Source: Basidiobolus meristosporus CBS 931.73 (Eukaryota > Fungi > Basidiobolomycota). Taken from it: 64,000 bases of DNA. The stretch covers positions 24,091-88,090 of the forward strand of contig MCFE01000354.1 of NCBI GenBank assembly GCA_002104905.1, given 5' to 3'. The notes under the pieces were generated by a model, which ran no database searches, was not told the origin of the DNA, and worked only from the letters and a program-made list of their open reading frames with translations. Positions 13,583 to 26,514 of this stretch are shown here, piece after piece. Each line of letters opens with the position of its first letter. Position 1 is the stretch's first letter. Both the position numbers and the translations under genes were made by a program.

Positions 13583-15167
13583 TGTCCTTCAAGGGATGCG
13601 CTTGGGCGTTAGGATAGGAATATAGCAGGTATAATGGATAACTTCCGATTCAAATGATAGTAAGTATCACCTCCACTTTCTGGAGGAGAGGTTTGTGGAA
13701 AAGTAGTGCACCAAGGATATTTCGATGAAAGTCGAAATAAAGGAGGGTGAGGAAGTGGGGAAAGTGCTTCACCTGCAAGATAACAAGTTGGAAGCTGCGA
13801 TAATTGGTGGAGGGGGCGAACAAAAGAAACGGAAAGAAAATTTAATCAATGACGGGTACCTAGAGAACTAGGGTCAAAGAACAAGAGAACAAAAAAGCAA
13901 AATATATCTGAGCCCTCAGCCCACGAATAAATATCAAACACAGTGAAAAGATGGAGAGCAATTTAGTTTAGGAAGCACAAATGCTCCAAAACAACATGAA
14001 AAATATACTTTTGAATTGTTGGTATTCTCTGTACCAGTGTACTTCCTTATATGGCGATTTCCAAATCAGATCGGGGTGCATTACCGAATTTAGCAACGGC
14101 ATATATTGCTAACGATTGGGATCCAACCTCATTAATTGGATGCTGGTGAGGGTCGCCGGATAATGATGCGGATAATGGTGAATACGACTGCCTACCCTCC
14201 AGCCTTATCTCAGAAGCTTAGAAATATCGAGAATCGAAATGAATGATTCATCAGTGAGTGATATTGCTGTGTAACTTTGACTGGATTATCCAGCTTAAAT
14301 GGAAGCGGCAGGCCAATCACCATGGTTGCTTAGATTAAATATAGAGTTTGAGTCGTCATCCCGTTAATTAAAGTATGGGTAGAGTAGGCTTTGGCCGGTG
14401 TTTCTATTGTTTGTCAGTCTCATAATAGCCCCCAAATCACCAACTTCCCGCAATTTAATTTGTCTTCAATTATAAAACCCTCACAACAGCTCACATTAAT
14501 GGTAATGAGCACCAGAATGTCCCACTCAGATGCCCAATAGAATTCTGGGCGCCCCTACGTAACGTTAATTAGTGTAATCATTCGTGACAAAGCTGGCGCA
14601 TAAAATGGCTGGGGTGTCCGTTTTGTCAAATCGTTTTTTCGACAGCATAGCGCTTTTCCTGTATAATAGAATAGCTTCCTATATCTTTTCCGACATATGT
14701 ATGATTGGATCAAAGGTTATTTTTAGGAAGGCGTACACTTATATGCCCCATGGTATAGGTTCATATATATAGAGTCGAGGCTGGATAGGTCACCTCATTC
14801 ACCTGCTATAAAATGACTGTAACACATGGAGCAGATGGCCGAAAATGCTGCTTAATCAAATAGTTAACGATGGATTGCATAAGATTACGCTTAGAGTCCT
14901 GAAGTTTGGCCCATTTGTTTGGGACGCGAACGACTTGTAACAATGGTCAAGGGAGTGCCTACAACAAAACGGATACTGCAATTGTCGAGAATGCGTTTCG
15001 TATTCGTGATGGCCTACGCCAATCAATGAGGTGGCTTTGGCGTCATCATATGATCGAATTCCAAAAATAAGCTTAACTTACATGGTCACTTTTTTCCGCA
15101 TTTGGTGCTTAACTTTTGGATAGAAATGTTGCGGTGGTTGAGGGTAAAATCATAAACAAAGGGAAAT

Positions 15168-17409
15168 ATGCCTTCTGAAACTCTGAATGGCAGTCGCTAC
15201 AAGCGGTTCCATACTCTCTAATGTCATAAAAGCCTTACTTCGCAATCTGGCTATCGAAAATTGTGAGTTGATACCGCGCCTGCAACCTCGTGAAATATAT
15301 AGCGCTAGAATGACGGATGAGAGTGATGTATTCGGACTCGTTCTTCGGAAATCGAGGGAATTCTTCTTTAGATGTCTACCTATTATTAGTTGGTTGCCAC
15401 ATTATAATAGGAAATGGCTCTTTGGTGATACCGTGGCGGGGGTCACTGTTGGGATCATGGTTGTTCCACAGGTGAGGTTCGATGTGGAGTGTCTTGCTCT
15501 CCCAATACTAAAACTCTTCTCTATTTCAAGGCGTTGGCCTATGCACAGGTAACTGGGCTTCCCGTGCAATATGGACTCTACAGCGCTACTTTCTGCGCTA
15601 TGGTTTATTGTCTTTTCGGTACTTCCAAAGATGTCAATATCGGGCCCATAACCATGCTTTCTATGCTGACTGGCCAAGTATGCAGTCAATTGAATACACA
15701 ATATGGCTACAATGTTACGGACGTAGCAGTTATGTTGTCATTTATGACTGGCCTTATCCTACTGGTACTTAGCATCTTGCGTCTTGGTATCATATTGGAT
15801 TTCATCTCAGTTCCCGTTATTGTGGGATTCACATCCGGTGTGGGTGTCGCAATCATAGCCATTCAGGTAGGCGTTTGAGCAGTGTGCATCCACAAGCCTA
15901 GGCTAATTTAATACTACGACCAATTCGTTATGTAGATCCCGAATCTAGTTGGGCTGGCAGGTATCAACACCAAGGAGTCGGCACTTAACATTGTCATTAG
16001 CATTTTCAAAAACATCAGTCATGTGTCCTGGGTTGATGCAGTTCTTGGTGTTTCGTCCATTCTCGCACTTGTGGCACTGGAACAAACCAAGAAACGCTTT
16101 GGACACAGACACTTCGCCATCAGGTTTCTGGGCATCGCCAAAAATGCTATCATTATCATCGTTTTCACCTTGATTAGCTTCGTCATACAAACTACTTCAC
16201 CCAGTTCAAATTTCAGAATCATTCGCGAGGTTCCTCGTGGCATTGCCCCACCACGCTTTCCCAATATTGATTTGGTCATGATGGGCCGCATCGCGCCTTC
16301 TGCACTGATCAGTTGTTTGCTCTGCTTAATCGAGCATACCGGAGTATGTAGATCTCTTGGTCGGAAAAACAAGTACAGCGTGGACTAGCAACCAGGAACT
16401 TACTGGACTTGGTGTCTGTAATGTAGTTAGCTCCATCTTTTCTGGCTTCCCTGTTAGCGGTTCGTTCTCTCGTGGGGCCGTTAACGATCAGTCTGGTGTC
16501 AAGACCCCTCTTGCCGGTATATTGACTGGCCTGATAGCAGTGTTCGCCCTAATTTTTTTGCCTCCGCTCTTCTATTTCATTCCAAATGCTACGCTTGCAG
16601 GAATCATCATCTTCAGTATGGTAAGCATCGTTAGTCCACCTGGGGTGTTTCATCGCTTCTGGATCCTGGATAGGATGGAATTTGCCGTGGCGGTTATCGG
16701 TTTTGTGGTGACTATTTTCGTTGCTATTCAAACTGGAATTGAGCTTGCCGTCTGCTGCTCGGTGGTCGTCCTATTGTATCGTGTTGCTCGACCTCGTCTT
16801 AAATTTCCTGCCATCCTCCAAGAATGTGGGTCAGTTAAACGTGACAGCATGGAGGTTCCTGCCGGGATCATAGTTGTCCGCCTTCAAGAGGCGCTACTGT
16901 TCCCAAATACTGAATTTGTTCGACGTAAGGTGATGAAGAATGCTCAGCGCCATACCCGGCCGGCGATTGTCGTTAATGACGATATAGGTTGGAACGAATT
17001 CAAGTATAAAGGTAGGAGCGACCAGTCAAGCGATGCTCTAGAAAGGCCTCGACCAGTATTCCTGGCGGTTATTCTTGATATGAGTGCTGTCAACCAGGTG
17101 GACTATTCTGGAATTCAAGGCCTTTTTGATCTCAAATTCGAGATTGGCAAATACGCTGGGTATGAAAACAAGCTTCAGTCTGATTCACTGTTACATTTTG
17201 CAGCGATGAATCCAAACGTCGCCAAAAGAATGGAAAAATGTGGAATTTTTGATTCTCGGGAAGAGTATCAAGTAGCTGCCTGTAAAGAGGAGAAAGATGC
17301 TGCGGAAATATTCAACATGGAGTATAAAAGTAGTAGGCTTCAGGTTGTACACAAGTCAGTTTTTGATGCCATCAGCTGCATCATAGAACAATGTGATGTT
17401 CATCGCTAG
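15168..17409 (+). CDS. SulP/SLC26 sulfate/anion transporter with STAS domain
   Basis: WLFGDTVAGVTVGIMVVPQ|ALAYAQVTGLPVQYGLYS, NQELTGLG..N, SGSFSRGAVN..SGVKTPLAG, and STAS VILDMSAVNQVDYSG. Introns ~15206-15302 (tentative; alternative ATG at 15310), ~15472-15530 and ~15867-15935. Frameshift near 16386. Confidence 0.9.
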
Positions 17410-17882
17410 AATGGTGGATACAGAGCTTAATCTACTCAAACACTTTCTTTTATGTACATTCTAATATATCACAACATACTGTATACACTAGAGTATGAAT
17501 TGTTCAATACAAAAATGCTGTGCAGATGGAAACCATAAAGCCTAGGTTTGCTTACCACTATTCAGTCTCCACAAGAATAATATTGTGGAGTTACCATGAA
17601 TGTTGTATATTGCAACATAGTGTTTCTATAATAATCGTAAAGCTAAAACCATGCCATTCTACTTTTGGATATTTTCGGGCGGGTTTGCTACATGCCGAAA
17701 TACCAGTCCAATGCTGGAAAATGCAGGCTGGTAATATCTCCAACACCGGGATATTCTCTCCGTGGAGAATTTGGTTCCGATCACCTATGACGGAAGTATA
17801 GAAAAATTGCCATAGTTGATATACGTCTTTATATATGCATATAAGTAGAATTGGTGATGTATGCTGGAAAATGATGCGAATA

Positions 17883-19184
17883 CTACACTAAAATGTTTTG
17901 TCGTATCAGAGCTCGCTTCGCTTCGCCAAAACCAATACCATCAAGATACTCGTTGATTCCGCCGTATTTGTTTCGTATATACGACAATGTATCAGCCATC
18001 ACCTATTCAGAATTAGTAAAAAGAATGCAACAGGTTGAATTTTGAGCGTACAAACCTCAGGGTTTGATTCAAGAAAGTTGGGGCTTACTCCTGCAGCCCC
18101 TACCTCCTTACTCAATGCCTCAGCAATCCCCTCCAGTTGCTCTCTACTTTTGCTGTAGTCACGAATAATCACATCATCCTCAACTCCGAGGATCATCAGT
18201 ACCAATGCGGTGATCAAGCCTGTGCGATCCTTTCCATGAGTACAATGGACCAGAATCGGATAATTCTTCGGCTCGACAAATAGTGATAACGCCTAGGGTG
18301 AGCGCGTTAGAGTATGCATAACCCAAGTCTACGGCACAGAGTCCAGATTACCTTGCACAGCTCGGCTCCCGAAAAATCAAGATAGTCCTGGTTGAGTCCA
18401 AGTAAGCCTCGACCTCCTATGATATGTTGGACGACATACATATATGCCTTCATCTTGGATACACACAAATAATAGAAGACCATCAAGCTAGTTATATGTT
18501 GATAAATATACTGCACGCTGGACGGCATTCATGATACACATACCTTCTGTCTACTACGGAGGCTCTTTTCCACACCGCATTATATCTATATTCATACCCA
18601 GTTAAGTTGACCTTGATAGTGCGACGAACGCTAGCTTTGACACATTCTAAGACTTCCTCTTGCTGCTGTTCGGATTGTTCTTTCACTTCCTAAAGACGAT
18701 TGCTCGGGTTAAATTATAATATGCGCTGGGCGGGTATAAATCATATTCAACCTCAAGAACGTCAATGGGATATTGCTCAGATAGCTGTTGGTTGAGTACG
18801 CCCTCGGCTCTGTGGGGAATTTACGTTAGTAAAGAGAAAATTTATCCCATGATGTCAAACCTTACTCTGTACGCAAGTCCAAAATGGTTTTTATGTCCTT
18901 TTCATTCACCAAGACTTGCAAATCCTTCTCGTCGATCTCGTCTAACAAATATTGTTGTCGCTAGTTGAGTATCTTGCTTGAATCAGGATAACAGAAAGTA
19001 TCCACGAACCTAGCCTGGCCGAGCGAAAAAGGATATTCTCTTTGAGTACTCTGGTGTTGGCGAGGTAAAGGGGCCATTAGCTCAGTATGTGGCAAAGATA
19101 GGCAACAGATATGAACCTTGGCCCGTTGGTGTTGACCTCAATACCAATATCACGGAAGTTGTGTACGGTCGAAAAGCTAGTCAT
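17883..19184 (-). CDS. Tyrosine-phosphatase-family protein (Y_phosphatase3 / TpbA-like)
   Basis: Spliced minus-strand reading gives VHNFRDIG, LFRSARLD, IKTILDLRT, HCTHGKDRTGLITALVL, IIRDYSKS and YGGINEYLDGIG. This multi-exon gene is only partly captured by the ORF track. Confidence 0.85.
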
Positions 19185-19986
19185 GTGGGTAAAGTGGAGT
19201 GGTAAGGATGAGCAATGCCATTAAAGGTATATGTATTTTTTCGAAGAGGATATTGCCACCAGATCCTCATCGCATATGCTATATCAGGTGTTTGTGGCAA
19301 TGGCAATTTCAGGATGATGATTACATCCACTTCAGTCCTTTTGCTCACGATGATTTCATCCCTTGAGAAAGGAATAAGGACTATAAACAAACCGTATTTG
19401 ACCAGACGCTATTCGCGGAATTTTCGAAGTTTCCCAGATTGGCATGCTTAACACTGGGCATAAATCGGGATAGAGTGAGGGTAGTGCCATTTGGGGGCTG
19501 ATCCTTTTGAGCCAATCTACATTCAGCCAGTAGATGTGGAAATGTGCTAATCACAAGTATCCTCACGAGAGTTATCGGGAAAACAAACACCGCCCTCCGT
19601 GCACCATGCGCGCAACATGCGTAACATGATGAATCTACGGGTGAGGTAAACCATGATGACTAAAGGTTATCTTCCGTGATTAGAAAAATCTTATATTTTT
19701 CGGAAGGGGTGATTGGCTGCGGCTATCATGTCATGTAGTAGGATCTTTTTGATCTTTTCAAGCTTCCATATATGCAAATGTAATAATTCTATTTTAAAAT
19801 TGATATTATGTGAGACATTATATGGTCCCATGCATGAGAAATACTTTTGCTTATATTTAATGTCGGCTTCTCGTGGCTCTGATACTAAACACCACTTTTC
19901 ACCTACATAATAACTATTTTCAACTTCTCTTCCAGCACAGTAATTCTCTCTTCCAGTGTAATCATTACCCCCCCCTCTCAACAACC

Positions 19987-21253
19987 ATGGCTAGTTCAAT
20001 AAAGAAAGTAGCCAAACCCTTAGGCACTCTTCATTCAGAGGTTAAGCAGTTATTTGAGTTTGTAGCAACTCGTCAAATAGGTGGGTATTTTCTTCGGTCT
20101 GCTTACATATCGAAAGCTAACCTTCCCGACCTATCCAGAATTACCTTTAATCCTTTTAACCGCCATTATACTTGGTGATCTGCTACAGATTCCGGCAGCT
20201 GAAAAATTTTTACGCCTACAGTACCGTATCCCTGGTGAAAACACCTATGGGAAGGGCTGGGACGACATATATATCATTACCTTTTGGATTATTGCGTTTA
20301 CCTTCCTAAGAGCTGCGGTAATGAAGTATGTCTTCCTTCCCCTTGCTACTACCTTGCGTATCAGCGGAGCTTCAAAGCGCACTCGTTTTTTGGAGCAAGC
20401 CTGGCAATTTGTTTATTTCTCCTTCTCTTGGACTCTGGGCATGGTAAGTATTAAGAATACATACTTCAAAGCATATTTTTGCTAATGGGTTGATTCCCTG
20501 CAGTATATCATGTATAACTCCCCTTATTGGTTTGATGCTCGTCACTTTTGGATTGGATATCCGCATGTTAACATCCCGTACTTGACCAAGTGGTATTACC
20601 TGGCCACTACGGGATACTGGCTTCAGCAGTGCTTCGTGTTGGCAGTTGAGAAGCCTCGCAAAGATATTGTTGTGATGGTAATCCATCATGCGATCACCTG
20701 CTCGCTCCTGCTTAGCTCCTACTTCACGAACTTCACTAGAATCGGGAACGCCGTGCTCTGTATGATGGATTTTTCTGACATCTGGCTTGCGGTACGTATT
20801 ACCGAGCCACAAATTGTATTCTTCAAGTAGATTAATTTCCACGTTAGTTCGCAAAGGTACAACGTTACACGGGACTCGAAAAAGTCTGCAACATCACATT
20901 TGGTTTCTTTGTTGTGAGTTGGCTCTACTCCAGACATTACATCTACGCGCACATCGTTTACAGTATCTGGGCCGACCCTGATATTTATCATGTCGTCGAC
21001 TGGAACCCAGAGAAAGGGCACTATTTCAACAGAACGGCGCAAGCTTTCTTTCTGACTTTGTTTGCCCTCCTGCAAACATTGGCATTGCTCTGGCTCAAAT
21101 CGATCATCGGGATCGTCGTGAAAGTTCTCAGTGGAAACAATGCCGAGGATGTGCGAAGCGACTCCGAAGATGGAAAGTAAGTGGCATTGTGGTTTGATTC
21201 GTGAAGAATACTTCTAACTAGCCGTCTCACTAATTGACTTCAGGGAGGAGTGA
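19987..21253 (+). CDS. LAG1: Ceramide synthase, LAG1/LAC1 (TLC domain)
   Basis: YGKGWDDIY, RFLEQAW, RKDIVVMVIHHAITCSL (Lag1p-motif HH), IGNAVLCMMDFSDIWLA, DVRSDSED. Introns ~20081-20138, 20444-20502, 20792-20847 and 21178-21243. Confidence 0.9.
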
Positions 21254-21655
21254 TAATCTCGGCTGAGGAGTAGATTCTGTAAAAACATGGTTCCTGATCA
21301 CCAACACCACTTTTAATTTTAATTGACTTCTAATCCTGTCACATAGTATCATTTAATTTTTGTAATGCCAATATTGGTCAATAAAGCCATAAATCTTTAT
21401 TTCACATGCCTCTTCTACATCGATATTGTTGTGGGACATTGCATTAACGAGGGAATGAGCTTTTCATCCGGAGTAAAGGGGAAGGAAGCCATTTTCCCTG
21501 TATCTTGGCAAAGCTTATGGTGAGTCATAATCTGATTGGCTTCGGGGTTTTACCTGATCCTTTCCGAGATGGATTTGTGCACTTTCCAGACGATAAGGGA
21601 ATAAATTGGAGTGGTAACAAGGATAATACTGTGTTTTACTGTTTCGAGAAATACA

Positions 21656-24094
21656 ATGCCCCTAAGCGCTACTAATGGCGAGGGCGAGGGTGGCTCACCA
21701 CCATCGAACGATGCGTTAACAAAAAAGCCTAGAGCCTCGCGAGCATGCGACACTTGCCGAAAAAAGAAGGTGAAATGCGATAACGAAAAGCCTGCTTGTT
21801 CCAACTGCGTTGCGTATGGGTACGAGTGTACATACCTTGAGAAGCAGAAGAAAAGGGGCCCCCAACCAAGCTATCCGAAGGCGTTAGAGGACCGTTTGGA
21901 ACGTTTGGAAGCGGTACTTACCAATCTTGCCAAACGAGATTCTTCCTTACCCTCCGAAATCGTGGAAGAGTTCCGCTCCATCGAGCATACTCTGAGCGAG
22001 AGTAACCCTGAAGTATGTATAAGAATGGTTGTTTAGTTCTTGCAAGCAAATGACGGTTACTGACCGGTGCTATTTGGTCTTCAGAGATGTGAGGATTCCG
22101 TCGAGGAAGAGCTCGATAAACTCAAACTCGAAGATCCCAAATATTTTTCCTACGTTGGCAGTAGTTCTGGGGTCTACTTATTCAAAGGTGGCTCATTCTA
22201 CAAGCAAGGAAGATTGCAAAACGTCCACGAACTTATAGGCCGAGAGCCATACCTTAGCCCTAATCCGCTCTCGCTTGATCCAGCATTTCCTCCACCGGAA
22301 CTTCGCGAAGGACTGTTAACCAGCTATTTTCGGCACATCAATACATCGTTGCCAACCTTCCCCCTGGGCCGTAATGATAGAAGCCTTACCGCCGGCGACG
22401 ATACATCCGAGCTCCTGTATAACTGTATCTTCACGCTGGCCTCGTTTCATAACACGACGGAGGGACTCTTCCGTAGCCCAGAGGAGGCCTTCTTTGCATC
22501 GAGGGTGTTCCAGGCCAGGGCCAAAGCTCTGTTAGACCGACTCATTGTTATTCCATCTATTGGACTTGTTCAAGCACTGGTGCTACTAAGCTTACATCCT
22601 CAAAATTCATGGCTGTACCTCGGAATGGCCATTCGGATTGCTCAGGAGCTTGGACTACATAGGACGCTGAATTCACACAACTTGGACCCCATAGAGCGTG
22701 AGAGAAGGAAGCTTCTTTGGTGGAATTGTGTAGTGCTTGACAGAGGGATAAGCTCGTTTCTTGGAAGACCTTTAGCGATCCACGAGTCCGATTGCAACGC
22801 ATCACTCCCGTTGCTACCCGAGGTGCTTGCGAAGGAGGCATCGATCGACGTGAATGAGCTATCCTATAGCCAGCGAGCAATGAAATGCTACATCGTGTTC
22901 ATTCGACTCTCACAGATCATGGCAAGAATGCTGCGAGAAATCCACACCGCGGAAAGCACCTCCCAGGGGAAGATCAAAAACAGCTTAAAGGAGTTGAACC
23001 GCACGCTGAATCAATGGGAGTTGTCTCTACCCGAGGAATTCAAGTACAATTTCGAGGACACCAAGCTCAACGATCGTTATACCGTGATCCTCAATCTGTT
23101 GCATTGCTATTGTTTGATTGTCTTAAATCGACCCTTTATCCCTAAAACGTGCCGTAAAGCTACAGCAATTCACCCATCTCAGTTGATATGCGCCAAAGCA
23201 GCAAGCATACTGACCTACTGCGGCTATCACTATATGCGCAACAATCAGCACTGTATTCAAATGCATAACGGAGTGATGTTTACCGCGTGTACTGTTCATC
23301 TAATCAACAGCCTATCGGAAGATCCTGAGCTGTCGCGCATTTCCAAGCAGAACTTGAGGGCAGGGCTTGAGTACCTGAACACTGCTGGCAAAGCTTATCT
23401 GGAAGTCAAGCGCAGTTTGACATTGCTGGATGATCTCTTGAAGTCCTACAAGCTGAGTGGCTTGGAGGAGGTTCCGGTGTTGCCGACGCTCTACAATCCG
23501 GCGCATGTATCCTTCACATCCAGCACGCTTGGGAAGAATATCCAGCGACATGACTCCGAATCGCTGATCATCATCCCAACCGAGCTGGCCGACCACGTTC
23601 TATCATACAACAACCCATCAAACACCCCCTCGCCTTCGATGACATCCATCCGGTCACCATCCGTTGCCTCCCAACCGGCCGCTGAGCCCCAGGCGGCGTT
23701 CGACAAGGGAACACCGCAGCCAAGGTATTCATACATGCCTTATGAGTTATTAGCGCAACCAGTCAGCACGCCCAGCCAGTCACTATACCCGGATCCGGGG
23801 TGTCAAGAGACCTCTGCTGCACCTGGAATGTACCAATCGCCGACGTCAGTTCTCACTAGCCCACAGTATACAAGTTTGTGTTCCAATCCAGTTTTTCCTT
23901 TGGATTCACAAGGAATTGGAAGCCACTCCTCCAGTTTATTTCCTAATTCAGAGATGGCGTTCTACACGACACCCATGGACAGCCCCAACCAGCCTACAGA
24001 GCAACCTGGTTACAGCGCCCCGGTGATGAATCCTCTCCACATGGATGTGAACTTCGAGGAGTGGAATGCTTACATGGGCCAATTCATGAAGTAG
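21656..24094 (+). CDS. Zn(II)2Cys6 binuclear-cluster transcription factor with fungal-specific middle homology region
   Basis: RASRACDTCRKKKVKCDNEKPACSNCVAYGYEC; SWLYLGMAIRIAQELGLHR; RRKLLWWNCVVLDR..SSFLGRPLAI. Intron ~22012-22084. Confidence 0.95.
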
Positions 24095-24687
24095 ACTTGT
24101 AAAATAATGCATGGAGAGACCGCTTAGATTAGCCAATAAACAAAATCAAGTTCATGTATATTTGTGCTCGGCGTGTAACGGGCACATCATCTGTTTTCGA
24201 ATCAAGATCTCGTTGGACGATTTTGGAAGTGGCGTTCTCTCCCAATTCACGGTGAAGCCGGCATTAATGAGGATGTGTAGGTCTTGCTAGCACCGGTTCG
24301 AATCCGGATTGACTTCCAAGCTCTACCGCATAGATCACGCATCACCTTCCAAACACAACCACCGATCCGGATCACGCCGGAATTGCTCTCGCTCAGTTGG
24401 GCAGGATATTGGATCTCTCATGCTGGCACGAAGCATAGCCGCAGATGCTTGGATATTTATTGCACAGGAGTGGACAGCTAGATTTGGAACTAGCGATAAT
24501 GAGACGATTACGCAGGATGGAGGATAGGAGAGCCAGAGTTGGTCAAGTGACAAGTGATCAGATGTTTGCTGAGGCAGCTCTTGCAGCGCTTCCTGAACGG
24601 GAAAGTTTTCGCCTCCTTCTTGTTAGGAAAATCCATCCCAAACAAGCGCCTACATACCTGGCAAGCACGCTGAAATCCCTTGATAGG

Positions 24688-24826
24688 AGCATGGAAATAG
24701 AACGGGAGCGTGGAGTTGGAATCCCTCGATGAGAGCATGGAAATCAGAACGGGAGCGTGGAGTTGGAGTCCCGCGATGGGAGCATGAAAGCCAGAATCCC
24801 TGGCCAAGAATCGCCTCCCGAGCATG
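24688..24826 (+). repeat. Short direct repeat, 46-47-bp unit x2 plus degenerate copies
   Basis: agcatggaaat(c)agaacgggagcgtggagttgga(a/g)tccc.cgatg at 24688 and 24734; further agcatg starts at 24781 and 24821. Confidence 0.8.
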
Positions 24827-25239
24827 ATCCAAGTGACCGAAGCACGGCCTCTTGCCATTGATTCGGACTTATATGGCGGCGTGTCTCATTGCTGGTTCTG
24901 GAATATCGGGCTACGGTGTACCGGTGAGATGCGACCAAGGGAAGTATTGGAGACCCTGCGTACTCTCCTCCCAGGAAATGAGGTTGTTTATTCAGCAGCC
25001 TCAATCTTCCCAAAATCAACCTGCATAGGTCAGAAACGAGCTTCATTTCTCCAAAGCTGTCTAGATTAAAAGTCACATTATGCCCCCCTTTCCCCAATTA
25101 GTACCGATGATGAGCAGTCACGACCGCTTCTCTAGGAATTGTGGATTTGATAACCCCTTGCCAACTACGCTTGTATATAAGGTCTTGGCTCCGGATACCC
25201 ACTACATCATCCACGTTAGTTATTTATTCTCCCTTGACT

Positions 25240-26514
25240 ATGAAAATCCACGTCAAAGAAATCGAGTGCTCTTTCCCCTCCTTGATTCACGAGAAGTTCG
25301 GCAAGGTAGAGGATGCCACGAATGATTGGCTTCTTGAGTTCAATCTGATCCAGAGCAGATCTGCTTTGGAGCGTGTCAACAGATCCAAACTGGGTCGACT
25401 TCCCTGCCGCATCCACCCACGCACCCCCTTCAAGTTTGTGCTCTGGGCCACCAAACTCTACACGTGGCTCTTCATGTTCGACGACCAATTCGACGATGGC
25501 CCACTTGGCAGAAAGATGACCAAGATGTATCCCATCTTCGTTGCTCTGCTAAAAATCCTCGGCACCGACGCTGCCGACGAGGCCATCACCGAGTTCACCA
25601 AGAAGATGAGGGCCCACTTCGAAAAGGAGAACAGCGCCAACGGCGAGAAGGCCATGCTGAAGCGGGTGCGAAGACGCTCCTCGGCATGGAACATTGCCGC
25701 CAAGTTCGTTGATCTCGTCAGCTGCAAGAACAACATCCCCATCGATTACTCGTTATGGGAGGACCCACTAGCCATGTACGCCGACCATATCCAGCGAGTC
25801 TTGACCTCCCCGATATGTCTCTCGTTGGCTGAGCTGTGGCGCGACTACTGCCGCTTCACCGATCCCGATTTACAAGAACGCACATCGTTCTACTTCGCGC
25901 GCTACCTGCGGTCCTATTTCAAGGAATGCGAGATGCGCAAGGCCAAAGGTTTCCCGGATGTTGAGACCTACATCCGCAATCGGCAAGACGCCGGAGGGAT
26001 GCTACTGAGTTTGGAGGTGATTGAGTTCACCGAGCAAGCCCCGATTCCCAAGGAAATCTATCAGTCCGCTGATTTCCAGAAGCTGCGGGTGCAAATCATC
26101 AACATCGTCTGTTGGACCAACGACCTCTTCTCTTTCGAGAAGGAGTACGCCCACGGCGACATCAACAATCTGGTCATCGTGCTGCAAAACGCCTTGCAGT
26201 GCCCGTTCCAGGAGGCCGCCGACAAAGCCAACGACATGTTGGCTGAGGAGATCCGAGCTTTCGTCGACACACAGGAAACCCTCCAGAGCTGGGTCAGAGA
26301 GAAGTACGACAAAGAGGTCAGCGACTCGCTCGGAAGACACATCTTCATCTACCAAAACTGGATCAAGGGGCACATTGACTGGTGCTTTGAATCGTTACGC
26401 TACCACCAAGTCCCAGATGTCGACCAGTACTTGGAGAACATCTTCACCTGCAATGCCAAAAGTGACATGCGCCGCAAAAAGAACGCCATTATCAACCAAA
26501 CCATCCAGACCTAA
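25240..26514 (+). CDS. Class I terpene synthase, bacterial/microbial type (Terpene_syn_C_2), single domain, intronless
   Basis: DDxxD motif LFMFDDQFDD, pyrophosphate-sensor region RNRQDAGG, NSE triad WTNDLFSFEKE, NLVIVL, and WxxxxxRY (WCFESLRY). Likely ATG at 25240 (MKIHVKEIEC). Confidence 0.92.
   Translation: MKIHVKEIECSFPSLIHEKFGKVEDATNDWLLEFNLIQSRSALERVNRSKLGRLPCRIHPRTPFKFVLWATKLYTWLFMFDDQFDDGPLGRKMTKMYPIFVALLKILGTDAADEAITEFTKKMRAHFEKENSANGEKAMLKRVRRRSSAWNIAAKFVDLVSCKNNIPIDYSLWEDPLAMYADHIQRVLTSPICLSLAELWRDYCRFTDPDLQERTSFYFARYLRSYFKECEMRKAKGFPDVETYIRNRQDAGGMLLSLEVIEFTEQAPIPKEIYQSADFQKLRVQIINIVCWTNDLFSFEKEYAHGDINNLVIVLQNALQCPFQEAADKANDMLAEEIRAFVDTQETLQSWVREKYDKEVSDSLGRHIFIYQNWIKGHIDWCFESLRYHQVPDVDQYLENIFTCNAKSDMRRKKNAIINQTIQT

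Noticed and set aside
24284-25325. Cluster of short ORFs; CRISPR-like reading of the 46-47-bp repeats
   Set aside because: No protein motifs; the repeats are contiguous with no unique spacers and no cas genes, in a eukaryotic context.
25141-26514. Geosmin synthase call, and the longer 457-aa start in the ORF track
   Set aside because: Only one cyclase domain is present (geosmin synthases have two); the track start is a GTG, and ATG 25240 fits the family N-terminus better.
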